Virus record (IMG/VR): IMGVR_UViG_3300027736_002225
DNA length: 64,000 nucleotides
Source: a virus
Direction: 5' to 3' (one strand)
Of the stretch, positions 49,296 through 59,999 are shown piece after piece (the first letter of the stretch is position 1; the number at the start of each line of letters is the position of its first letter). Below the pieces are notes generated by a model. The model was not told the DNA's origin. It made no database searches and saw only the letters and a list, made by a program, of their open reading frames with translations. Position numbers and translations under genes: made by a program.

Positions 49296-51071
49296 TTACA
49301 GATATCCAAGTATAGAATATATTGCATCTGTAGTTACTGATAAATTAGTAACTCTACTATTTGTATATGCTGTCATATCAGCGTAAAATGGGTATAGATT
49401 ACTATCAGTAGTCAAACTAAAATAATCCCAAATTTCCGCATTTCCAGAAGTTTCTAGATTACCTGATATATTATTATTAATTAATATCTCGCCAAAAACT
49501 TCTGTTCCTGCAGGATGAACTGTGGCGGATGCAATATTTTTCCAATTATCAACAGTAACGTCGCTTTGGACAACATAAGAATATGGTTGATAATATATTT
49601 TATTTTTATCTGGACTATTTAAAGCTGGACCTTGAATATAATTTAATTCTGAAAGTTTGCCTTTATTTGTAGACCAATATCCTGAAGATTCTTTAACAAT
49701 TCCTAATTTTGGAGATATAACTGCTTTTTCTGTATATTTTAATATTGCAGATAAACTTGTATTATTTGATCCTGGAGATATTGCAAATCTAAATCTTTTA
49801 TCGTCAAGAACTGTTGAAATTGAAATTGTGTTTTCACAATTATTTAAATAACTAGAAGTATTTCCATATCCAATAATATTTGCAAATTTTCCTTTTATCA
49901 ATCCATGAGAATTGTCCGAAGTGAAAGTACCAATATTTTGAGAAATTGTAACATTACCAGTAATATATGTTGCAGGATAATCTATTTCAGAACTTATAAC
50001 ACTGCCAACATTATATTGAACTAACGGAGTATTAATATAAACTGAAGGTTCTACAATTGTTATATTTTTAATCTTGCCAGTACTAGTTAATTCTGTAATT
50101 TTTGCGTAAACGCCCGATATAATTATATTACTATTTGCATTGTATCCTAACGCACCTTCTATAACATCTATATTAGTTAATATAGGAATAGAAGTAACTT
50201 GTATTGTAGAATATACGTTTGGCGCAGTAATTAATTTTCTAGAAACAATATTTTCTTTAACAAAAGTACCTTTAATTTTTGACAAATATAATTCATAGAT
50301 ATCGGTATTTTTTATTCTTAATTTTAATACGTTTTCTACAACCGCAGTTGCTCCGGATGTTTGTCCTACAATTTTTGTATTAATTAAATCAAAAGGATTT
50401 CCTGTAGAACTAGCAATTACTCTAATAGTATAATCTTTAATCCAAAGACCATCAGATGTTTTCAATATAACATCTTTAGGATATTTAAATGTTGCTTCGG
50501 TATTAAATAATACCCTAAATAGTAATTTATATGCTTCTTCTGTGCCTTTTGTTTTGTAAATATCTTTAAAATGTTTGACAAAAGTTCTCTTATCTGCAAC
50601 AATATTTCTTGGTAAATCATCGCCATAATTTACAAAAAAGTTTTCAATTAATGAATCAATAGTATAATCAATGTCCGCATATAATCTTGAATTTTGTAAT
50701 AGTTCTTGAGGATGTTGATCTTTTTCTAAAAATTTATAATATGCCTCTAAAAATTTTACAAAATTTGAAGTAGTATCCGTTCTTACAAATTTTGCATATA
50801 CATTACTTATTGTGACATTTATATTATCACTAACTTCTACCGATGAAGAAGATAATACTTTAGTTACAAAAACTGTATTTGTAATTGCGGGATATACTAA
50901 TTTATCGCCAGCAACAATATCTGCAGTAGATCCAACTTTTACAATTCTTGGGTAACTACTAGAATTTGCAGATATTATTTGTCTATTTTCAGCAACTGAT
51001 TCACCTACCCGAATAAACTCGGGTATTTGTGCAGCAAATATTGAAGATAATTTTTCTTTTATTCTACTCAT
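49296..51071 (-). CDS. gp7: gp7-like baseplate wedge protein
   Basis: QIPEFI, FLEAYY, YKTKGT...LLFRVLF, YYQPYSY, VHPAG. Confidence 0.7.
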   Translation of the reverse strand: MSRIKEKLSSIFAAQIPEFIRVGESVAENRQIISANSSSYPRIVKVGSTADIVAGDKLVYPAITNTVFVTKVLSSSSVEVSDNINVTISNVYAKFVRTDTTSNFVKFLEAYYKFLEKDQHPQELLQNSRLYADIDYTIDSLIENFFVNYGDDLPRNIVADKRTFVKHFKDIYKTKGTEEAYKLLFRVLFNTEATFKYPKDVILKTSDGLWIKDYTIRVIASSTGNPFDLINTKIVGQTSGATAVVENVLKLRIKNTDIYELYLSKIKGTFVKENIVSRKLITAPNVYSTIQVTSIPILTNIDVIEGALGYNANSNIIISGVYAKITELTSTGKIKNITIVEPSVYINTPLVQYNVGSVISSEIDYPATYITGNVTISQNIGTFTSDNSHGLIKGKFANIIGYGNTSSYLNNCENTISISTVLDDKRFRFAISPGSNNTSLSAILKYTEKAVISPKLGIVKESSGYWSTNKGKLSELNYIQGPALNSPDKNKIYYQPYSYVVQSDVTVDNWKNIASATVHPAGTEVFGEILINNNISGNLETSGNAEIWDYFSLTTDSNLYPFYADMTAYTNSRVTNLSVTTDAIYSILGYL

Positions 51072-52933
51072 GCTGCAATTACATTAACTGTAAGTCCCGG
51101 TACTCTATTTCCAGTACTATTAAGTGTACTATCATCCAATAATAAAATTTGATTTCTATTAACAGTAATATCAAGATACGCATCCTGTACTTCAGCATTT
51201 ATTCGTATATCAATAATATCAGAAACATATCCAGTATAATATAAATTGTAAATTTCTACCACACCTGTACCATAATCAATAACACCATACATATCATTTA
51301 AAACTACCCCAGTATCAGCATCTATTAATTTAATAGTACCTGTTCCTAAATTATTTGGAAAAGAATCATTTGGATAATCTTTTAATGTTGCATTCTTAGA
51401 ATTACCTTGATATGAAACTATAAAATTGGTGCTGGTTACTGTTCCGGGTTTTAGTCCGTTTTTAAAATTTATAGTATTTGCGCTTATATAATTGTTTATA
51501 GAATTTGCAACTGGTTCAATTCTTCTTTGCAATTTAACCGTCATTAAATTTCCAATAATATAATCATCTATACTGTCAATATTCTTTGATAATTTGGAGA
51601 ATACAAAGTCTTTATCAAATTGCTGTAAATTATTGTAGAAATAATTATTAACTTCCGTTATAACAAAATTATTAATTTCTGTGGCAGATAAAGTACTCTT
51701 TGCAGAATCATACCTAACTTTAATTGATAAATTCACATAAAAATATTCAGGGTCAATAAATTCTGGAGCAATTCCTAATACTTGTTTGCTTTGTAATATT
51801 ACTTTTGAAATATTATTTTTTGTATCTTGATTTACCTCGTACCCATCGTATGGTTTTAATGAAATAATAACCTTGCCATATTTTGGTGGATCATTATTTT
51901 CGCCACCCCATACAGCAATTGATTCTACCAAAGGAAAATCTTTTTCTATTAATGCCTTATAATCTGCATCTGTAACTGCTCTATTTTGCGATGCTGAAAA
52001 TTTTGGAGCTCTGAATTTTATGCTCTCAATACTTTCTTTTGCCTTGCCGCCTCTAGAATTTGTTGTTGCAGTAACTGCACCCAATACTGAACCGCCTCCA
52101 ATAGTTGTAGCGCACGTGAACGATTGTGAAATTGTTCCAGCAACATTGCCAACGGTGCCGCTAGTAATTAAATAATTAATAATAATTAAATTATTTCTAG
52201 TTAATTTTTTACCTACTACTCCGTCGCCAAAATAAATTTGAAATCTTCCAATTGCAGTTTCCTCAAGAAAAAAAACTTCCGAGGTATCTGTTACACCCAG
52301 GGTATCTTCCGCAAGCGTGTAAATTGTTTGCGCAGTATCTGTAAATGAATTCTGAACAATTACTTGCATGGTTGATGTATCAATATCATCATTTGGTATA
52401 ACATATTTTTCCGACGGGCCCGCAACATCTACGGTATAAGTATATTGAATTGGTATACCTTCAACTAATTCTATATTATTAAAAGTGTATATTCCGGCAC
52501 TTGGTTGAATTGTTACAGAGTTGAGATTTACAAATGTAAATGTTGCATTGTCAATTGTTGTGGTGAACGGAGTATATTTTTCCAAAGTTAAAAAATTTGG
52601 AGAATTTGTTGGATCAGTTACAGTAAATGTTAATGTTGCCCTTGCGCCCCTTGCAGAAACAGGAGTATATCCTAGGTGTTTCGCAATAGATACTGCCGAT
52701 GATCTTTTCACTGCAGAATCCAAGAACATATCATTAATGACCATGCTGGCCAAATACGCATTATAATGAGTATTGTACGATAAAAGATCTAGTAAGATTG
52801 ATAGACCAGAACCTTCAAAATCAAAATCGGTAAAGTATGGCGCACCATCATCGGCGGTATAATTCTTTAAAAATTCTTTTAGATTTGTTTTTATTGTATC
52901 AAAATCTAACTCTGCGATTCTTAAATTTGCCAT
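51068..52933 (-). CDS. gp6: gp6 baseplate wedge subunit
   Basis: LDFDTIK, DFDFEGS, LSYNTHYNA, FGDGVVG, QNRAVT, WGGE. Confidence 0.95.
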   Translation of the reverse strand: MANLRIAELDFDTIKTNLKEFLKNYTADDGAPYFTDFDFEGSGLSILLDLLSYNTHYNAYLASMVINDMFLDSAVKRSSAVSIAKHLGYTPVSARGARATLTFTVTDPTNSPNFLTLEKYTPFTTTIDNATFTFVNLNSVTIQPSAGIYTFNNIELVEGIPIQYTYTVDVAGPSEKYVIPNDDIDTSTMQVIVQNSFTDTAQTIYTLAEDTLGVTDTSEVFFLEETAIGRFQIYFGDGVVGKKLTRNNLIIINYLITSGTVGNVAGTISQSFTCATTIGGGSVLGAVTATTNSRGGKAKESIESIKFRAPKFSASQNRAVTDADYKALIEKDFPLVESIAVWGGENNDPPKYGKVIISLKPYDGYEVNQDTKNNISKVILQSKQVLGIAPEFIDPEYFYVNLSIKVRYDSAKSTLSATEINNFVITEVNNYFYNNLQQFDKDFVFSKLSKNIDSIDDYIIGNLMTVKLQRRIEPVANSINNYISANTINFKNGLKPGTVTSTNFIVSYQGNSKNATLKDYPNDSFPNNLGTGTIKLIDADTGVVLNDMYGVIDYGTGVVEIYNLYYTGYVSDIIDIRINAEVQDAYLDITVNRNQILLLDDSTLNSTGNRVPGLTVNVIAA

Positions 52934-53334
52934 TATCTTACTCTATTAAGTGTTGTTGTTACTGTTACTGGATCCGAAACATTATTAATAGTAAAAGATA
53001 TTTCTATACCAACTTCATTGCTATCGTAATTGTCTACGATAATAACATCAGTTACAGTTGCTCTTGGTTCAAACTTTGAAATTGTATCTTTTATAGATTT
53101 TTGCAATGCAGAAGTAGTACTAGGGCCTGCATTTTCAAATAATAAATTGCTAACTTGACTGCCTATTTCAGGATGAAACGGTCGTTCATAATTCTTTGTT
53201 AGTATCAGATTTTGTATAGACGTTTTGACGGCGTCTATGTTCTTTAGAACTAGAACGTCCTTTGTGTACGGATGTGGATTAAAAATTAGATTTAAATCCG
53301 TAAACCGTCTAACGCCTTTATTAATGGTGGCCAT
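52933..53334 (-). CDS. gp25: gp25 baseplate wedge / sheath initiator
   Basis: NLILT...ERPFHPEIGS...LFE...FEPR. Confidence 0.93.
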   Translation of the reverse strand: MATINKGVRRFTDLNLIFNPHPYTKDVLVLKNIDAVKTSIQNLILTKNYERPFHPEIGSQVSNLLFENAGPSTTSALQKSIKDTISKFEPRATVTDVIIVDNYDSNEVGIEISFTINNVSDPVTVTTTLNRVR

Positions 53335-53392
53335 TTTAATATTTATTAAGAATTCGTTTTTCTAGATACATTAAATTATAAATAATACCCTT

Positions 53393-53400
53393 TATTTATA
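53393..53400 (-). promoter_or_regulatory. Late promoter TATAAATA upstream of gp25
   Basis: Exact motif overlapping the gp5 stop; one arm of an inverted repeat at 53377-53400. Confidence 0.55.
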
Positions 53401-55300
53401 GTAACTTTACAAACAGATTTTTGGCTCCGGGCGACGCAGTACTGTGATTAAACATTGTACCATATGGCATTGCGGATTTTGAACCATCTTGGGCGGATGC
53501 AATATGAATCCAAGAAATTGTTCCAGAAGGTCTTGTTGCGTATTCTAACAGAATCTGTTTAAACGGCAAGTTATCTGCTATCCATTTTGCAATAGTATAA
53601 TATTCTGAAAAAGAATGTCCGGGGAATTGTAAATCTACAGCACATCCCTTATTATGATTTGACCCCTTACCTACCCTAAATCCGCTGGTAATTACAACAT
53701 CCGAATAGTTTTCAAATATTGGATCTAACATATTTACCGCCAAATGCTTTAGATTTCCAACAATGTCTGCTTCAGATAAACCTTCTTGGGCCTGCACCTC
53801 AAAAGATGTTGCCGTTGGTTTTGTAGTTAAATCTCCCAAAGTATAATATTTTGATAATTGTAAAGAACGTGGGAATTTTGCAAATTTCTTAAATTCTGAG
53901 GTATCTACTGATTTTGGAGCAATACTTCTTGTAGCAGTACTACTTTCTCCTTGAGTTAATTCTAAATCTGGATTAATTTCTCCGGCAGTTATTCTTTCTT
54001 TTGATAGTGCGTCTGCATCCGGTTCTAAACTATCTCCTAAGAAAATACTTCCAGGAGCATCTGGACGTATTAAATCGCCCGCATCCGCATCCGCAGAATA
54101 TACTGTAACTTCTGAAGGAGTAGGATATACTGGTAATTTTGTCCCAGCAATTGAAATTGATCCGCCGTGAGTAGTAATTGATGTAGCATCAATTTGTGCA
54201 AGTAACCCACCTTTAAAACTAGCAGTAGATGAACTGCCGGATTGTAGTGCAAGATCCCCGCTAGATTTTGCCGAGAATGTTCCATCTTTTGCATTAATAG
54301 CAATGCTACTTCCTTGTATATTTACCGGGCCATTACTGGTTAATTGTAAACTAGATTTTCCAGAAACAATTATATCTTCTGCTATTACTTGTACTGTTTT
54401 TGCCGATTGCACCAAAGTGGATCCGTGTCCGGTAACATTCAATGCCCCGTTAACTTCAATATCTGCATCATTTTCAATTAATATTTTCGTTGCGCCGCCA
54501 ACAGTTAAATTATACGCGCCTTTAACATAAACATATCCATTTCTGTCGCAAACTTCGTAGTTATCACCAACTACTTTTTTAACCATTGTGCCGTTTATAT
54601 CAATTTCTATATAGGTGCCTTTTTTATGATAAACGTGTATGCGTTCCGCATTAGGTGTATTGTCAAATTCAACCACATGGCCAGCTTCAGTTTCTATTAC
54701 CTGATTACTAGGATATCTTGCATTGTAAGCAGGAGTTGGTTCGCTCCAAGTAGAACTTGAACTTGCTTTTTTTATAGATGTTTTTCTGTTTTTAGATTTA
54801 ACTGAAAAATATGCATGAGTTTTATCTGTTACTGCTAGTTTATTTGTATCTGGCTTTCCGTCGTAATCTTTCTTAGGATAAACTCGATTAGGATCAATAA
54901 ATCCCTGTTGCTGAGATAAAATAGAACTATTTAATGGGCCCGCAGGATCAAAATTTGGATTACTTATGTTGGGGCCTTCGTTTGTATTTGGCTCAGGCGC
55001 ACCTGTTATAGTGCCCATCATTATAGGTTGTTGTTTTTCCTCCCCGTCCAAAAACCAACCAACGACCCAAGTACCTTCAACTGGTCCTATAGGTGTAATA
55101 CCTATACCTGATGTACTTGCAGATGTTATAGGCGTCATTGCCAATGCCCATGGTAAATCTCTGGTAGGCAATATTGTTACATCTTCAGGATGATAACCAA
55201 CAATCCTAACTCGGCATCTACCTAATTTTTCTGGATCATTTCTATCTTCAACTACTCCAAACCACCAGATGAAGTTTGGATTTCCGTACATATGTTGCAT
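53396..55300 (-). CDS. gp5: gp5 baseplate central spike with C-terminal peptidase M15 domain
   Basis: OB-fold WWFGVVEDRNDP..LGRCRVR; EFDNTPNAERIH; beta-helix repeats; C-terminal TSGFR...SNH..GCAVD...WIH. Confidence 0.9.
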   Translation of the reverse strand: MQHMYGNPNFIWWFGVVEDRNDPEKLGRCRVRIVGYHPEDVTILPTRDLPWALAMTPITSASTSGIGITPIGPVEGTWVVGWFLDGEEKQQPIMMGTITGAPEPNTNEGPNISNPNFDPAGPLNSSILSQQQGFIDPNRVYPKKDYDGKPDTNKLAVTDKTHAYFSVKSKNRKTSIKKASSSSTWSEPTPAYNARYPSNQVIETEAGHVVEFDNTPNAERIHVYHKKGTYIEIDINGTMVKKVVGDNYEVCDRNGYVYVKGAYNLTVGGATKILIENDADIEVNGALNVTGHGSTLVQSAKTVQVIAEDIIVSGKSSLQLTSNGPVNIQGSSIAINAKDGTFSAKSSGDLALQSGSSSTASFKGGLLAQIDATSITTHGGSISIAGTKLPVYPTPSEVTVYSADADAGDLIRPDAPGSIFLGDSLEPDADALSKERITAGEINPDLELTQGESSTATRSIAPKSVDTSEFKKFAKFPRSLQLSKYYTLGDLTTKPTATSFEVQAQEGLSEADIVGNLKHLAVNMLDPIFENYSDVVITSGFRVGKGSNHNKGCAVDLQFPGHSFSEYYTIAKWIADNLPFKQILLEYATRPSGTISWIHIASAQDGSKSAMPYGTMFNHSTASPGAKNLFVKLL

Positions 55301-55301
55301 A

Positions 55302-56657
55302 TTAAATATAATCCCAATTAATTTCTGTAGGTTGCGAATCTCGAATAACTTCCATCGTAATCATATGTTTTGCGATATTAATCTTGTGATGAATTGATGT
55401 TATTAAATAACTACCTGAGTATTTTTGATCCAAGTGAGACTGGCTTATCTCTGCTTCTCCTGCAGGAGAAACATCAGGAAAATCTATGGATATTATTCTT
55501 CCTGCTTCTACATCGGTTCTACCATATATTGTTATATTTAATTTTAATGAATTTAAATCTAACATATTAGATAAACGATTACCATAGATGTCATTCATTT
55601 TTTCAGAATAATTATTATTAATATAATTATGTATTCCTGGATTTACAGGATACACCCTTACATGACTATCAAAATTTCGTATTACAGTAGTCTCATTAAA
55701 TATTGGTTTTGGATTAAATTTTATTGCATGATTATACTTGCGAAATTCTGAAACATGGTCGTAGTAAGTATTATTTCTTTTCTTATGTATTAAATCAACA
55801 CCTATAAATTTACTGGCAAAATATCCATTATCCAAGTTTGAAAGATAATCAAATCCATTAACAATATCAATAGATTGTATTAATCCCATTTTTTCCGATA
55901 TGTCGTCGGTTCCTCGCATAACACTTGTTGCAGAATACTTATAATTTCCTATTGTATTTTGTGCATCAAATAGGCTTTCTATACTACCAAAATAGAAAGA
56001 TTTGTTTGTTTCCCAGAATAAAAAATTACATGATTTGCCTGATTTTGGTATTGATTTTTTAGACAACCAGTTTATACAATCAAATGGAGTCCATCCTGGA
56101 CTAACAAATTTAACATTATTTTCTGTTTCCGAAAAAATAACAACGGGGGTTTTATTTAAACCGGGTACAATTGCTCCGGATAGATTACCATTTTCAAATA
56201 CTAAATTTCTAACAGTTAATAAATTCTCTGCAAATATTTTTTCTACAAGTGTACTAATATCTCCGGAAAAAGCATTGTACATAGGAGATAAAGAATCTAT
56301 TATTCCCTCTTGAGATACAAATTTTAATTTGTAAAGTTGTGTATTTTGGTCTCTTATTATCTGTCTATCTTCTACAGAAGTTATCTTAAAAGTTTTATGT
56401 ATCCTTGAGTCAAATCCCGGAGTAGTTAAGTTTACTATAAGATATTCGTCCCCAATAATAGGTATGCTTTTTATTAAGTTTCTGCTATCAGAAATTACAA
56501 TATCGCCTGATAAAATATTATTAAAAATACTTTCAAAAATATTTAATTCAACAAGATAATCCAATAACGATATGTATGTATTATTAGATACAAGGATTAG
56601 TTGATCTATAGATACTTCGCCTGGCGATTGAATCGCATTCTGTACAGACTGTGTCAT
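55302..56657 (-). CDS. Baseplate hub protein (gp27-like)
   Basis: IFESIF...G...ISD...PIIGDE, FLFWET, YSGSYLITSIHH; lies between gp53 and gp5. Confidence 0.65.
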   Translation of the reverse strand: MTQSVQNAIQSPGEVSIDQLILVSNNTYISLLDYLVELNIFESIFNNILSGDIVISDSRNLIKSIPIIGDEYLIVNLTTPGFDSRIHKTFKITSVEDRQIIRDQNTQLYKLKFVSQEGIIDSLSPMYNAFSGDISTLVEKIFAENLLTVRNLVFENGNLSGAIVPGLNKTPVVIFSETENNVKFVSPGWTPFDCINWLSKKSIPKSGKSCNFLFWETNKSFYFGSIESLFDAQNTIGNYKYSATSVMRGTDDISEKMGLIQSIDIVNGFDYLSNLDNGYFASKFIGVDLIHKKRNNTYYDHVSEFRKYNHAIKFNPKPIFNETTVIRNFDSHVRVYPVNPGIHNYINNNYSEKMNDIYGNRLSNMLDLNSLKLNITIYGRTDVEAGRIISIDFPDVSPAGEAEISQSHLDQKYSGSYLITSIHHKINIAKHMITMEVIRDSQPTEINWDYI

Positions 56658-57250
56658 TGAGTAATTAATTCAGTAAAATTTGCATCTATAGAAGATACTA
56701 TTTCCGGTTTTAAAATATTGATTTGTCGTCTTTTCTCATTTAGTGCATCTTCATACATAAAGTTTGTCACTGGATATAATGATCCTGATGGAAAATTTTG
56801 TAGAACTAAATTAACCTGTATATTCTGATTCGTTTGTTCCAATTCAACCGATCCCGGATTTATAAAGGTTGAATCTTCTCGCATTGCTCGGTATCCATTA
56901 ACAACATACCCTTCCATATTTACATAATGGTGCAATTTATTAATATTTGATGCGCCGTATTTTCCATTACAGTATTTAATTAAATCATTGTAACTTAGAT
57001 GCCAATCAAATCTAGGATCTATAATATTATTTGTTAACAAAATAACCCAGTGTAGTTCAGTATCACCATACCAATAATCTGCAACAATTTCTGGAGTCTC
57101 TCCATCTTTTATTGAATATTGTTCAAAGAATGCATCATTTTTTACTAATTCATTAGATAATGTTATTCTTCTTAAAATATCAGGAATAGTTTGCCTAGTT
57201 TTTCCATTATCTAATGTGTATTGTGTTAACGGGAATTTTTCAAAGAACAT
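56654..57250 (-). CDS. gp53: gp53 baseplate wedge (LysM-like)
   Basis: FFEKFP, DGETPEIVA..WYG...HWVILLTN, NEKRRQINILKP. Confidence 0.9.
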   Translation of the reverse strand: MFFEKFPLTQYTLDNGKTRQTIPDILRRITLSNELVKNDAFFEQYSIKDGETPEIVADYWYGDTELHWVILLTNNIIDPRFDWHLSYNDLIKYCNGKYGASNINKLHHYVNMEGYVVNGYRAMREDSTFINPGSVELEQTNQNIQVNLVLQNFPSGSLYPVTNFMYEDALNEKRRQINILKPEIVSSIDANFTELITQ

Positions 57251-58324
57251 TTAGTATCCTTCTGCTATTATTGAGTCTTTTGTAACTAATTCTAATTCTC
57301 TAAAACTTAATGTAAGATTTATCTCAGAAGGAGCACCATTGTCAAAAGATGCAAATTGTTCTCCACCATAATCAACAGTCATATCAGTTAATGCACAACT
57401 CGCAATTTTATTAAAATATCCATTTACTTTATCATTGTAAATATATTCTATAGAAAATTCAGAGGGGTAGATATAAAAATAACCGCCATCTGATAATTCA
57501 GGATGCATATGTTCTTTAAACAATTGTATTATTTCTTTAACCTGTTTAGATTCGCCCTCACTCTTGGGCATAAATTTATATCTAAAATTAAATTTTCTAT
57601 AATCAACCCCTTCAAAGAATACTTCTCTAAAAGGATTAGTTTTTACTTTCGCACCTAATTGAACAATATCTCCTAAAGATGCATTTCCAAATCCAGGAAG
57701 AATTGAAGGAATTTTTGCAAATTCTAAACCAATTGATTGGGCAATTTCTCCTCCGGCGTTGCTGCCGATTGTATCCGATATGGAGGTTTTTCCTGTTAGG
57801 AATCCGCCAAGTATTCCCATATCTTTATCTTGATAATTTACACCGTAACTAACTGTAGGTCTTTCCTGCATTGCCAATGTAATAACGCTTTTTAATCTAG
57901 CTTTGCGATCATCTGTAAGACCCGAAATTGCGGACTTTGCAGTTTCGAAACCAACAATTCCAGCTGGAATTCCCGCTGCCATCGTCAACGCCAATGCTCT
58001 GCCCGCTTTGAATGATGCAGATCCTCCAACATTAGGAATAATGCCTTTAACCGAACTTGCGACTGCACCGCCAACAACCAATCCAATCGCCGCAGCGGCT
58101 GCAGTCTTCGCACCGCTATTACTATTATCTCTTCTAGTATATGCGTCAGTATTTGATATTTCCCCGGTAGTTTGATATCTTCCAGTTTTCTTAAATTTTG
58201 ATTTGCCTCGAACAGCAATAAAAAATTGAACGTAATGTAATAGATCCTTATTTACCCCTACCCCGTCAGGATAATGATATCCTACCACATCATATTTTCC
58301 TTGCCCTCTAATGTTTGGTTCCAT
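57251..58324 (-). CDS. gp48: gp48 baseplate tail tube cap
   Basis: NPFREVFFEGVDYRKFNF...FMPKS..E, YPSEF, CALTDMTVDY, LSFRE. Confidence 0.85.
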   Translation of the reverse strand: MEPNIRGQGKYDVVGYHYPDGVGVNKDLLHYVQFFIAVRGKSKFKKTGRYQTTGEISNTDAYTRRDNSNSGAKTAAAAAIGLVVGGAVASSVKGIIPNVGGSASFKAGRALALTMAAGIPAGIVGFETAKSAISGLTDDRKARLKSVITLAMQERPTVSYGVNYQDKDMGILGGFLTGKTSISDTIGSNAGGEIAQSIGLEFAKIPSILPGFGNASLGDIVQLGAKVKTNPFREVFFEGVDYRKFNFRYKFMPKSEGESKQVKEIIQLFKEHMHPELSDGGYFYIYPSEFSIEYIYNDKVNGYFNKIASCALTDMTVDYGGEQFASFDNGAPSEINLTLSFRELELVTKDSIIAEGY

Positions 58325-58332
58325 TTTTTTCC

Positions 58333-58361
58333 TATAAATATATAGTTATTAATTATTTATA
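58333..58361. promoter_or_regulatory. Pair of oppositely oriented late promoters serving the divergent gp4 and gp48 genes
   Basis: TATAAATA on + at 58333-58340 and on - at 58354-58361, at the strand switch. Confidence 0.85.
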
Positions 58362-58367
58362 TAAGTT

Positions 58368-58817
58368 ATGTACACCAAAACCTATAAGGGCAAGTATCGA
58401 GTGACAAATGCTGCAAAGTATATGGGAGATATTACTAATATTGTATATCGGTCCTTATGGGAACTCCGATTCATGAAATGGTGCGATTCCAATGCATCGG
58501 TGGTAGAATGGGGGTCAGAAACAGTCGTTGTACCGTATATTTCCCCAATTGACAATAAAGTTCATAGATATTTTGTGGATTTCTACATAAAAGTGAAAAC
58601 AAATTCAAATGGGGTTGAAAAATATTTAGTTGAGATAAAACCGGAAAGATTTACTAAACCGCCAACAATTCCAGAAAGAAAAACCAAAAGATTTATAGAT
58701 GAGGTATTTCAGTATGGGGTAAACGATGCAAAATGGAAAGCAGCATTTGAATTCTGTAAAGATCGCAGTATGAAATTTATTATTCTAACCGAAAAAGATT
58801 TAGGAATAAAGAATTAA
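58368..58817 (+). CDS. gp4: gp4 head completion nuclease (TnsA-like)
   Basis: YRSLWE, WGSE, HRYFVDF, VEIKP, KWKAA, LTEKDL. Confidence 0.92.
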   Translation: MYTKTYKGKYRVTNAAKYMGDITNIVYRSLWELRFMKWCDSNASVVEWGSETVVVPYISPIDNKVHRYFVDFYIKVKTNSNGVEKYLVEIKPERFTKPPTIPERKTKRFIDEVFQYGVNDAKWKAAFEFCKDRSMKFIILTEKDLGIKN

Positions 58818-59396
58818 ATGGTAAATAAGAATCCTTTTGAGACCATCAGAATTAATGCTGCCGGTCAAGAAAAATCATACCAATGGTATAAGCAACAAGT
58901 TTCAAATCTTGGTAAAATAAGTTCAGTAAATGAGGTTTTAAAAGATACCCCATTAGTTTCGAGCATACTGCCCGGAGAAATGTACTTATTTTACTACGAT
59001 CCAAAGCATAAAGATACATTGCCATATTACGATAGATTGCCTTTAGTATTGCCTTTTAGAAAAGTTCCCGGTGGATTCTACGGTATCAATCTGCACTATT
59101 TGCCCTATATGATGCGTTTTAAGATTTTACAATTATTGTCAGATTATACTGTAAATAATAATGGAGATACTAGAATAAGATTGTCATGGAAATTGTTAGA
59201 ATCAACATCTAGATTGGGGCCTGCAAAATTCGCAGTTAAACATTATTTGAATTCTCAGATTAGATCTAGATTTTATAAAATACAATATAATGATTGGATT
59301 ACCGCATCGCAATTGCCTGTAGAAAAATTTGTAGGCGAACAGAAAACAACTGTCTGGCGCGAAGCACAAAAAGATGCATTAAAGTATCTATACTAA
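58818..59396 (+). CDS. gp2: gp2 DNA end protector
   Basis: YDPKHKDTLPYYDRLPLV, GINLHYL, KHYL. Confidence 0.92.
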   Translation: MVNKNPFETIRINAAGQEKSYQWYKQQVSNLGKISSVNEVLKDTPLVSSILPGEMYLFYYDPKHKDTLPYYDRLPLVLPFRKVPGGFYGINLHYLPYMMRFKILQLLSDYTVNNNGDTRIRLSWKLLESTSRLGPAKFAVKHYLNSQIRSRFYKIQYNDWITASQLPVEKFVGEQKTTVWREAQKDALKYLY

Positions 59397-59404
59397 GGAT
59401 TAGA

Positions 59405-59983
59405 ATGAAATCTGCGTTCAACTTATCAAATTTTATCTCTGAAATAAGAGGTCGAGGACTATCTAAACCAAATAAATTTGAGGTTTGGTTTTCCCGTACG
59501 AATAGTGATTCTAAACTAGTAAGTTTATTTTGCGAAATATCAAATCTTCCAGGAATTAATATTAACACAAAAGGTCTTAGAATTTATGGCCCAGCATACC
59601 AAAAACCAGTATCTACAGAATTTGGTGGCGAGGCAATAACTATGACATTTTATGTAGATGCAAACTTTAATGTTAAAAAATATTTTGACGATTGGGTATT
59701 TAAGGTTGTAAATCCAAATTCTTTTAATGTCCAGTATCAAGAAGATTATACTTCAGATATCTTAATTAAACAACTAAACGAAAAAAATGAAATAATATAT
59801 GATGTTACATTAATAGACGCATTTCCTAGAGCTGTTAATATGATGGACTTAAACATGGGCGCGAATAACCAAGCGCATAAACTAAACGTAACATTTAGTT
59901 ACAGGAAATGGGTAACAACTGGGTCTAATAATTTTGCCCCTACAATAAAAGATCCTGTAAAAGCAATCGGGACAATAATTTAA
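59405..59983 (+). CDS. Tail tube initiator / tube-like protein (gp54-like); likely start at 59405
   Basis: GLSKPNKF, CEISNLPG, YFDDW, IKQL, DAFP, VTFSYRKW. Confidence 0.75.
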   Translation: MKSAFNLSNFISEIRGRGLSKPNKFEVWFSRTNSDSKLVSLFCEISNLPGININTKGLRIYGPAYQKPVSTEFGGEAITMTFYVDANFNVKKYFDDWVFKVVNPNSFNVQYQEDYTSDILIKQLNEKNEIIYDVTLIDAFPRAVNMMDLNMGANNQAHKLNVTFSYRKWVTTGSNNFAPTIKDPVKAIGTII

Positions 59984-59999
59984 TTATAAAGGATATATT

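Noticed and set aside
59294-59404. Extended N-terminus of the gp54-like ORF in the ORF track
   Set aside because: It overlaps gp2. The ATG at 59405 has an AAGGA RBS and matches where the conserved region starts.
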